Assembly: GCA_044344255.1 (NCBI GenBank) | Contig: JBIJDH010000016.1 | Location: 64,001-128,000, forward strand | From: Myxococcota bacterium | Lineage (GTDB): Bacteria > Myxococcota_A > UBA796 > UBA2385 | Direction: 5' to 3' | DNA: 64,000 nt | Shown: piece by piece, positions 21,408 to 29,555 of the stretch | Numbering within the stretch: the stretch's first letter is position 1 | Layout: each line of letters opens with the position of its first letter | The notes under the pieces: model-generated | Told to the model about the DNA's origin: nothing | Database searches by the model: none | Seen by the model: the letters and a program-made list of their open reading frames with translations, nothing else | Translations under genes and position numbers: made by a program

Positions 21408-21416
21408 CGCGGTGGC

Positions 21417-22478
21417 CTAACTCGGGCCCGCTCCGAGGCGCCGCAACATCCGAAAGTGGCTCCGCAGCGCGGCGGGGAAGCTGCCGCTGTGGAGGTAGGG
21501 GAGGCCGTGCTCGCGGGCGCAGGCGGCGACGATCGGCGCCAGGCGCGGCAGGTGGATGTGGCAGACATGAGGGAGCAAATGGTGCTCGATCTGGTGGTTG
21601 AGGCCGCCGGTCATCCAGGTGGACAGCGGGGTCGCCCCGAAGTTGGCCGTGGTGTGGAGCTGGTGATCCGACCAGGCGTAGGGGAGTCTCCCCTCCGAGC
21701 CCTCGGGATAGGCGACCCCCTCGACGCAGTGGGCCATCTGAAAGATCACCGCCAGCGTGACCCCCGCGCCGACGAGGCTCGCCGCATAGCCTGCGAGCGC
21801 GACGCCGACGCCGTGATCGGTGAGCAGGAGCGGGGCCACGACGAAGAGGCCGATGTGGAGCAGCTTGCCGCACAGGAGCTCGCAGCGCGCGGAGAGGGAG
21901 GCCGCGGCTCCGGTGATGGGGTCTCTCCAGGTGATCTGTTCGAGGTCCTTTCGATAGACCCAGTTGACGACCACGAGCGCATAGAGAAAGGGGGCGTAGA
22001 GGTGCTGGAGTCGGTGCCAGGGCCTGCGGGCTCCCGGGTGAAAGGCGAGCAGCGGCCCGGGATCGAGATCGGCGTCCGCGCCGGGCACGTTGGTCCAGCT
22101 GTGGTGGAGCCCATTGTGAGAGACCCGCCAGTTTCGCGAGGAGCAGCCGACCACGTCAAAGGTCCACGAGAAGAGCGTGTTGACCCAGCGGCGGCGCGAC
22201 AGGGCCCCGTGAACGGCGTCGTGGCCGACGTTGAGGGTCATCAGGGCCGCGGAGGCGCCGGTCAGGAGCCCCATCCCGAGCCAGGGCAGGGTCGGCAGGG
22301 GGAGGGCCAGCCAGAGGGTCCACATCAGGGCGAAGGTGCCGATCCAGGCTGCGATCTTCACCATCATCGCGCCGTTTGCGGTGGTGGGCTCCCCGCGCTC
22401 GGCGAAGTGGCGCTCCACCCGCGCGCGCAGGTCGGCGTGAAAGGCGGAGTGGGGGGCGAAGCGGGGGCGGGCGCTCAT
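21417..22478 (-). CDS. membrane fatty acid desaturase
   Basis: His boxes HDAVH, HNGLHH and QIEHH; ATGA overlap with the upstream acyltransferase. Confidence 0.9.
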   Translation of the reverse strand: MSARPRFAPHSAFHADLRARVERHFAERGEPTTANGAMMVKIAAWIGTFALMWTLWLALPLPTLPWLGMGLLTGASAALMTLNVGHDAVHGALSRRRWVNTLFSWTFDVVGCSSRNWRVSHNGLHHSWTNVPGADADLDPGPLLAFHPGARRPWHRLQHLYAPFLYALVVVNWVYRKDLEQITWRDPITGAAASLSARCELLCGKLLHIGLFVVAPLLLTDHGVGVALAGYAASLVGAGVTLAVIFQMAHCVEGVAYPEGSEGRLPYAWSDHQLHTTANFGATPLSTWMTGGLNHQIEHHLLPHVCHIHLPRLAPIVAACAREHGLPYLHSGSFPAALRSHFRMLRRLGAGPS

Positions 22479-23221
22479 GGGGCCTCGAGCGGTGGGGCGG
22501 CGGGGGCGGTGGCGGCGGTGGGGGCGCTCCGGAGGGCCTCGAGGCGCTCTCGGACCCGCTCCCGCAGCGCCTCCCGGCCCTCGGGCGTGTCGGGGCAAGG
22601 CGGGATGGCCTCTCCGACGCGGAGCTCCACTCTCCCCTGGCGACAGAGGGCTCGCCCGGGCGGCATGAGCTCAAACATGCCCACCACGGCGACGGGAACG
22701 ATGGGCACGCCCGCTCCCGCCGCGATGTGAAAGACCCCCTTTTTCAGCGGGCCCAGCCGCCCGTCCTTGGAGCGGGTGCCCTCCGGATAGACCACCACGC
22801 TCGTCCCGGCGCGGAGGCGCTCCACTACCGTCGCGCAGGCCTGCTTGGCGGCGGCGGGGTCGTCCCGTCGGATGAAGATCTGCCCCCAGTATCGAGCGGC
22901 GCGGCCATAGACCGGGTACCGCTGCGTCTCGGCCTTCTCGAGCCCGATGGTGCGCCCCGGGAGCAGGGAGAGGGCGAGGAAGTGATCAAAGAGCCCTTGG
23001 TGGCTCGACATGTAGAGGGTCGGGCGGTCGGCCGAGAGGCGCTCGCCGCCCACGAGCACGGCCTCGATCCCGAGGGCCTTGAAGAAGCGGCGGGTGAGGT
23101 CGATGACCCGCGGCGTGAGCTCCGCCGGGCTGTTGAAGCGGCTGGCGACGATGAACCAGAGCAGGAGGCGGGCGAGCGCGAGGTAACCGAGCCCGTTGCG
23201 GAGGAGGCCCGGCCGGCTCAT
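22475..23221 (-). CDS. 1-acyl-sn-glycerol-3-phosphate acyltransferase (PlsC/LPLAT family)
   Basis: SHQGLFD (HxxxxD), FIRR, YPEGTRS, PIVPV. Confidence 0.9.
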   Translation of the reverse strand: MSRPGLLRNGLGYLALARLLLWFIVASRFNSPAELTPRVIDLTRRFFKALGIEAVLVGGERLSADRPTLYMSSHQGLFDHFLALSLLPGRTIGLEKAETQRYPVYGRAARYWGQIFIRRDDPAAAKQACATVVERLRAGTSVVVYPEGTRSKDGRLGPLKKGVFHIAAGAGVPIVPVAVVGMFELMPPGRALCRQGRVELRVGEAIPPCPDTPEGREALRERVRERLEALRSAPTAATAPAAPPLEAP

Positions 23222-26200
23222 CGGGGGCCCCCGAAGCCTTCGATCGCCGCGAAGAGGGCCTCCACGACGGCGTCAACGTGGGGTGGGCGCAGCGTGTCGA
23301 AGTGGCCGCCGGGGATAGGCAGCACGCGCCCGAAGCGCGACTGGTGGTGGTTGACACAGGACGCCGTCGCGAGGAGGGCGGAGGGCCCCGAGAAGGTGTG
23401 CGAGGGGCGATGTGCGGCGCTCAGGCGCGCGTTCTCCAGCCACTGGCGCACCTCCTGGCCGACGGCGGCCTGGAGCTCGCGATCGGCGATCGAGGCCACC
23501 GCCGCCTCGATCGAGAGCGGACCGCGGCGCAGCAGGGCCAGCATCTCCCGGGTGTCGGCGGCGGGCAGGCGCTCGCGACAGACCGTGAGCAGCACGCCGA
23601 GCTCCGGGCCGTAGGGGCTGGCCGCGATCTCGGCGGGCTCTTCGTGGAGCTCGTCGATGGCGATGAAGCCGAGCACCGACCGCCCGGCCGCCTCGAGCTG
23701 CTCGGCCATCTCGCGGGCGACGGTGCCGCCGAAGCTGTAGCCGCCGAGGAGGAGGGGGCCCGCCGTGGCCTCCGCGGGCAGGGCGGCGATGTAGCGGGCG
23801 GCGAGCTCCCCTACCGAGGCCGCGGGGGCGAGCTGCTGGAGGCCGAAGAGGGAGCCTTGCCAGCGGTGGGCGAGGTCGAGGTAGCAGGAGAGGCCGCCGC
23901 CTGCGGGGTGCACGAGGATGAGCGGCGGCCCGCCGGACTCGCCTCCTCGGTGTAGGGTGACGAGGGCGGGATCGGGCAGCCGGGCGTCCGGGCGGGCGCG
24001 CACCCAGGCCGAGAGCGCGCGGACCGTCTTGTGCTCGGCGAGGGCGGTGACCGGCAGGTCGACCCCGAGGCGCTCGCGGAGGAGGTTGACGAGGTCGAGG
24101 GCCTCGATCGAGTCGAGGTCGACCTGCTCACCCACCGGGCGATCGGGATCGAGCTCCTTGCGGGTCACCTCGAAGAGGGCGAACAAGATGAGAGCCTCGA
24201 CCCCGGCGCTGTTCCCGCCGAGGGTCCCGCCAAGGGGCCCGCCGATGGGCCCGCCGATGGGAGGGCCGGCGGCGACCTCGGCCGCGGACTCGCCGGCGAC
24301 CCGCTCGACCACCAGGAGCGCGCCCTCCCGGTACCGCCGCGCGCACTCCCGTCGGCGCACCTTGCCGCTCGTGGTCTTGGGCAGCGAGCGCGGCTCGAGG
24401 AGCGAGAGCTCGGCCACCCGCACGCCCTCCGCCTTCATCACCTCGCGGCGCACCGCGGCGGCGATGCTGTCGGCCTCTCCGCGGGACAGGCGCCTCTCGC
24501 GGAGCTCGGCGACGAGCACCAAGCGCTCCCCCTCGGGGCCCTCGACGACGAAGGCGGCCGAGCAGCCCGGACGCAGCGCCTTGTGGGCGCCCTCTGCCGC
24601 CCGCTCTACGTCCACGGGGGCGATGTTGCGGCCGCGGAGGATGATGAGGTCCTTCGCGCGGCCGGTGATGAAGAGCTCGCCGTGGTGGAGGAAGCCGAGG
24701 TCTCCGGTGCGGAGGTAGGTCTCGCCCTCGCCTTCGCCCTCGCCTTCGATGCGCGCAGCGAAGGTGGCGGCGGACTCTTCGGGGCGCCCCCAGTAGCCGA
24801 GGGCGCGGCTGGGGCTCGACACCCAGATCTCTCCCACCTCATCGGGATCGGCGCGGTGGCGGGTCTCGGGGTGGATGATGGCGACCCGCACCGACTCGGG
24901 GGGCTTGCCGCAGCCGACCACCCGGGTGGTGCCGAAGCGGATGCGGCCCTCGAGCTGGAGGGCCACCTTGTCGAGGTGGAAGAGCCGGCTCCCGTTCATC
25001 GTGACGGCGACGACGTGCTCGGCGAGGCCGTAGGCCGGCTGGAAGGCGGCGGGGTCGAGGCCGGTGCTGGCGAAGGTGTGGGTGAAGTCCCGCACGGTCT
25101 CCCAGCTCACGGGCTCTCCCGCGCTCATCACCTGGCGGAGGGCGCTCCAGTCCCAACGGGCGCGCTGCTCGGGGGTGGAGCGCCGCGCGAGCAGGCGGTA
25201 GCCGAAGTCGGGGGAGGCGGTGGCGGTGGCCTTGTAGCGGTGGAGCATCTCCCCCCAGGAGGAGGGGTCGGCTAGGAAGGTGAGGGGAGAGGTGAAGACA
25301 TAGTGGGCGCCGCTGTAGAGCGCGTTGAAGATGCCGCCGATCAGCCCGAGGTCGTGGTACTGCGGCACCCAGCAGACGCCGACGGTGTCCCCGTCGATCT
25401 GCAGCGCCTGCGCCGCCACCCGAAGCTGGTGCATCAGGTTGCCGTGGCTGATCATCACCCCTTTGGGGTCAGCGGTGGAGCCGGACGTGAACTGGAGGAA
25501 GGCGAGGTCGTCGGGGCCGGGGTTCCAGGCGGGAAGGGGGCCCGAGGCGACGGCCGGCAGGTCGTCTGTGGTGTGCCAGGCGAGGTCCTTCGGCCACTTG
25601 AACAGAGAGAGCGGTGAGAAGATCGTGCCCACCTGGGTCATCCGCCGGTAGGGCCGCGTGCTGAGCGCGTGGCGGGCCCCGCTGGCGGTGGCGATGCTCC
25701 GGATCTTGTCGAGGTCGTACTTCAGGTTCGAGGGATCGGGCGGGTAGATGGGGACGGGCACGACCCCGGCGATGAGGCAGCCGAGCAGGCCGAGCACGAA
25801 GTCGACGCCCGGGAGGTAGACGAGGAGGGCCCGATCGCCCGGCGAGAGGCCCCAGCGGCCGCGCAGCGCCTCGGCGATGGCGCGCGACCGCTCCCAGACC
25901 TCGCCGTGGCGGAGGGCGGCCTCGGGCTCGAGCTTGGGGCCGAGGAAGGTGAGGGCGGGCCGCGTGCCGGCGACCTGGGCCTGATAAACGAGCACGTCGA
26001 GGATCGTGTGGCGCTCGCCCCAGGGCACCCGCGCCCCCGGCCGGTCCAGAGTGTAAGGCTGGACGACGGGGTACTCCTGGAGCCCGGCCATCACGCGGTT
26101 GGCGGCTTGGAGGCCGGTGACGACGGCGTCTTCGTGCAGGGTGAAGGCCCGGAGCCAGCTCCCGCAGAGGGTGGTCGAGCGCAGCCCCTGGCGGGCCTCG

Positions 26201-29200
26201 ATCTGACGCCGCAGGCGCACCACCTCGGGGGTCACCTTCACGTGCTCCATCGCCACCCGCCGCCCGCCCTTGGGCTGGAGGTCGCGGTTGTAGGCGTAGG
26301 TGGAGAACACGTCTGTCTGTCTGTCTTTGTTACACAGCGCCCACTTCGTGAAGTGAAAGGCCCGCTCGCGGCCGTGCACCTCGCCCTCGTCGGGGACGAT
26401 GGTGTTGCCGTGCGCCCAGCCAGCCCGATCGCGCGGCATCAGGCGGGGGTCCCTGTGGACCACGGCGGTGTCTACCGTGTGTTGAAAAGCGCCGAGCAGC
26501 GCGCGCTCTTCGGGGTCGACCGTGGCCCCCAAGACCTCGAGCGCCCGATGCGGGGCGACCGCGAGGATGAGCTCGTCCCAGTCCGCCTCCCGGCGGGGGT
26601 GCGCGGGCGCCCCCTCCCGCTCGGTCACGGGCTCCAACGAGAGGCGCACCCCGCGGGCGTCTCTCCGGAGGGCGGTGGCCCGGGTGCCGGTGTGAAACTC
26701 GACGCCGAGCTCGCTGAGGCGCTGGCGGAAACGGTCGATGTAGGCGCCGGAGCCCCGCTTCGCGCGGAGGACGGGCTCTCGGCCGGCGAGCACGACGGGG
26801 AGGTAACAATACCGGACGAGCTCCCGAATCGGGTAATCGAGGTAATAGTCGGCCGGGTGACCGACGAAGACGAAGATCATCGATCCGAGGAACCAGTAGT
26901 GGATGAAGGCCTCGGAGAAGCCCATCCGCTCGAAGTAGGCGCGGGCCGTGACGAAGTCGAGCTGCTCGTCCTCGAGCACGGCCCAGGGGTCGAAGCGGGC
27001 GGCCTCCTCGAGCACCGAGCGGTGGACGGTGATGTCCTCGATCCGGCGCCACCGCCGCTTACCGTCGAGCGAGAAGAAGGTCTCGGCCTCCTTGAAGCTC
27101 CCGAGCGCCTCGGTCTCGACGCCGAGCGTGTCCATCAATCGCAGCACGTTCGGATAGGCGCCGCCGGTGAAGGAGCCGAAGCCGGGGTCGACCGAGTGGC
27201 CGTCCTCGAGCTCGACGGACTGGGCGTGGCCGCCGAGGCGCGGCTTGTGTTCGATGACGGTGACGGCGTGGCCGTGCGTCGCGAGGGCGAGGGCCGCGGT
27301 GAGTCCGGAGGCGCCGCCGCCCACGATGGCCACCCGCCTCGGAGCGGCGCGCGGTGGAAAGAGGCGCGCGGTCGCCTGGTTGAGCTGATTTCGGAGGGCG
27401 GGTGAGCTGTCGTACACCGCGCGACGGGAGCGGTTCACGGCGCCCATCGGCGCGTGGGCCTGCGGGACATGGAAGAGGTGAAAGGAGAGCTGCTCGTCCC
27501 GCGCCCGGTCTTCGGGGGCGTTGATGGCCTGCGGGGGGATGTGCAGCGTCGCCACCACGCGCTCGGGGCCGGTCCATTGCACGCGCGGGTCTTCGATGGG
27601 GTCGCGGACGGGGTCGGTCTGCGGCTGGATGAGGAGGTCGAAGAGGACGTCGGAGGTCGCGCCGCGGAGGGCGGCCTCGAGCCGGCTCCGGAGGAAGCGG
27701 GGCTCGGACTCGTCCACCTTGACGGTGGCGCCCGGGGGCAGCGGGCGAGGCCGGAGGCGGTATTTCACGGCCCGGCCGGGGCCATAGCGGTAGGGGGTCT
27801 GGCTGTAGTAGGAGGCCGCGAGGAGATCGGGCACCACGAGCTCTTCGGCGTAGCGCAGCAGGTGCTCGAGCTTCATGAAGTCGAGGTCTTGTGGCACCAC
27901 GTCCCGCCCACGCCGCGTGGACAGGATGGGGACCACGTTGAGCAGGAGGTCTGCCAGCGTGTGGGTGGCGGCCTCCTCACCCCGGACGGGCGGCGCCTCG
28001 AGCAGCTTGAGGCCGACGCCGCGCACGTCGGGGTCGCGATCGTGGAACCAGCCGAGCTGCGGCTTGCCGAGGCTCGAGAAGCGCAGCAGGGCAGGGTAGG
28101 CGCGGCCGGGCTCGGCGAAGAGGCCCACCTGGAGCTCCTCTTCGAGGTCGGGGCGCACGACGAGGCGGGCGGAGACGACGCCGTGGGTCTTCGGGTGGCT
28201 GCCCCGGAGGGCCTTGCCGGCGAGGGGGGCCTCTGGCGCGCGGAAGTCGCGGATCTTCTTGTCGTACTGCTCGACGATGTGTCGACTGTCCTTGGCCTCC
28301 ACGCCGCGGTCGCGCTCGGCCTCCCGGGCGAGGCGGTGCTCGGTGAGCACGTCGTCGATGAAGGACTCGATCTGGGCGGCGACGACGGCGGGCGCGGCCT
28401 CGGCGACCCCCTGATCGGCCTCGGGCCAGCGCTCCACCCGAGGGTGGGGCAGGAAGCGGCGGAGGAGGCCAGGGTCAGCCGCCTCGGCCGGGACGCCGCG
28501 CGCGCCGGTGTAGAGCCAGAAGGTCGGTGTCTCGACCATCGGCACGGCGCCACCTTCGCGGGGCAAGACCATGTGTCGGGGGGCCCCCTCGCGGATCGCC
28601 GCCACCCGGCGGCCAAAGGCGGTCGGGCGGTCGACGTCCTGGGCGGTGAAGCGGCCCGGGGCCTCGGACCAGCTGAAGTTCTCCGCGTAGAGACGATGGA
28701 CGCGCTCCGCGTGGTCGCCCTCCTGCAGCGCGCGCGTCACGGCCAGGGCGCGGTCGGCGGCCCCTCGGTCGGCGGCCCAGAAGCTGGAGAGCAGGGCCTC
28801 GGCCTCGGGATCTCGGGCGGCGGCGCGACGGGGGAGGCTCGGATCGAGGAGATCGGCGACGTAGGCGGTGGCCTCGGCGAGGCGGACGGAGAGGCCCCGA
28901 TCAGCGGTGAAGCAGCCGGGGTGCAGGCTGTTGACGGCGAAGAGGGCACGGAGCGCCGCCGGGTCAGCGGCGGCGAGGCGGAGGGCGACCTCACCGCCAA
29001 AGCCGAGGCCGACCGCGACGGCCCGCTCGCGGGTCACCGCCCGGAGGATCGCCGCGCCGCGCTGGGCGAGGTCACTGAGGCGTGCGGAGCGGCCGGGGGC
29101 GTCGAGGCGGGGGACGAACAGCACGAAGAAGCGCGCCGCCAGGGCCTCGGCGAGGCCCCTCCCGAAGCCCTCCGGCTCGGGCGGGAGGCTGATCAGCAGC

Positions 29201-29352
29201 AGGGGCGGGGCCGCACGGTCTCCCAGCGGGTGGACCCGGCAACCCTCCACCTCGATCGGGGGGAGCTCCAGCGGGGCATTCGCGTCGATGCGCTCGGTGA
29301 TCGCCGTCCGCCCTTCTTCGAACTGCTGTTCATCGAGCTTTTTGTCGGACAT
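23218..29352 (-). CDS. multidomain lipid-modifying enzyme: alpha/beta-hydrolase-like, catalase-like heme domain, FAD oxidoreductase, fatty acyl-AMP ligase, ACP, thioesterase
   Basis: GLGFGG elbow; RGSHPKTHG...RFSS...RRAVY; GGGASG...LGGHA...HEDAV; QFTSGST, YHDLGLIG, YGLAE, RTGDLG, PKTTSGK; LDSI; HPAGG, GYSFG, GGH. Confidence 0.85.
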   Translation of the reverse strand: MSDKKLDEQQFEEGRTAITERIDANAPLELPPIEVEGCRVHPLGDRAAPPLLLISLPPEPEGFGRGLAEALAARFFVLFVPRLDAPGRSARLSDLAQRGAAILRAVTRERAVAVGLGFGGEVALRLAAADPAALRALFAVNSLHPGCFTADRGLSVRLAEATAYVADLLDPSLPRRAAARDPEAEALLSSFWAADRGAADRALAVTRALQEGDHAERVHRLYAENFSWSEAPGRFTAQDVDRPTAFGRRVAAIREGAPRHMVLPREGGAVPMVETPTFWLYTGARGVPAEAADPGLLRRFLPHPRVERWPEADQGVAEAAPAVVAAQIESFIDDVLTEHRLAREAERDRGVEAKDSRHIVEQYDKKIRDFRAPEAPLAGKALRGSHPKTHGVVSARLVVRPDLEEELQVGLFAEPGRAYPALLRFSSLGKPQLGWFHDRDPDVRGVGLKLLEAPPVRGEEAATHTLADLLLNVVPILSTRRGRDVVPQDLDFMKLEHLLRYAEELVVPDLLAASYYSQTPYRYGPGRAVKYRLRPRPLPPGATVKVDESEPRFLRSRLEAALRGATSDVLFDLLIQPQTDPVRDPIEDPRVQWTGPERVVATLHIPPQAINAPEDRARDEQLSFHLFHVPQAHAPMGAVNRSRRAVYDSSPALRNQLNQATARLFPPRAAPRRVAIVGGGASGLTAALALATHGHAVTVIEHKPRLGGHAQSVELEDGHSVDPGFGSFTGGAYPNVLRLMDTLGVETEALGSFKEAETFFSLDGKRRWRRIEDITVHRSVLEEAARFDPWAVLEDEQLDFVTARAYFERMGFSEAFIHYWFLGSMIFVFVGHPADYYLDYPIRELVRYCYLPVVLAGREPVLRAKRGSGAYIDRFRQRLSELGVEFHTGTRATALRRDARGVRLSLEPVTEREGAPAHPRREADWDELILAVAPHRALEVLGATVDPEERALLGAFQHTVDTAVVHRDPRLMPRDRAGWAHGNTIVPDEGEVHGRERAFHFTKWALCNKDRQTDVFSTYAYNRDLQPKGGRRVAMEHVKVTPEVVRLRRQIEARQGLRSTTLCGSWLRAFTLHEDAVVTGLQAANRVMAGLQEYPVVQPYTLDRPGARVPWGERHTILDVLVYQAQVAGTRPALTFLGPKLEPEAALRHGEVWERSRAIAEALRGRWGLSPGDRALLVYLPGVDFVLGLLGCLIAGVVPVPIYPPDPSNLKYDLDKIRSIATASGARHALSTRPYRRMTQVGTIFSPLSLFKWPKDLAWHTTDDLPAVASGPLPAWNPGPDDLAFLQFTSGSTADPKGVMISHGNLMHQLRVAAQALQIDGDTVGVCWVPQYHDLGLIGGIFNALYSGAHYVFTSPLTFLADPSSWGEMLHRYKATATASPDFGYRLLARRSTPEQRARWDWSALRQVMSAGEPVSWETVRDFTHTFASTGLDPAAFQPAYGLAEHVVAVTMNGSRLFHLDKVALQLEGRIRFGTTRVVGCGKPPESVRVAIIHPETRHRADPDEVGEIWVSSPSRALGYWGRPEESAATFAARIEGEGEGEGETYLRTGDLGFLHHGELFITGRAKDLIILRGRNIAPVDVERAAEGAHKALRPGCSAAFVVEGPEGERLVLVAELRERRLSRGEADSIAAAVRREVMKAEGVRVAELSLLEPRSLPKTTSGKVRRRECARRYREGALLVVERVAGESAAEVAAGPPIGGPIGGPLGGTLGGNSAGVEALILFALFEVTRKELDPDRPVGEQVDLDSIEALDLVNLLRERLGVDLPVTALAEHKTVRALSAWVRARPDARLPDPALVTLHRGGESGGPPLILVHPAGGGLSCYLDLAHRWQGSLFGLQQLAPAASVGELAARYIAALPAEATAGPLLLGGYSFGGTVAREMAEQLEAAGRSVLGFIAIDELHEEPAEIAASPYGPELGVLLTVCRERLPAADTREMLALLRRGPLSIEAAVASIADRELQAAVGQEVRQWLENARLSAAHRPSHTFSGPSALLATASCVNHHQSRFGRVLPIPGGHFDTLRPPHVDAVVEALFAAIEGFGGPR

Positions 29353-29555
29353 GCGGGGGCCTCTTCGACGGACGTTCAGCACGATGACACGGCGGAGCGG
29401 CGCTCGCGAGAGGATCTCACCCTCCAGGGATATGCCACAGCGCCCCGGATTATCATCCTCGCCGGTCCGCGCCGCGCCGGTCCGCGCTGCTGCGTCCTGC
29501 GCGGGAGGTCCGGTGGGGGGCTCATCGGTGGGTGTGTCTTCGTGGGAACGGGGGG

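Noticed and set aside
23218..29352. Calling the megaenzyme a PKS or NRPS
   Set aside because: No ketosynthase, acyltransferase or condensation motifs; the adenylation domain has FAAL-type motifs
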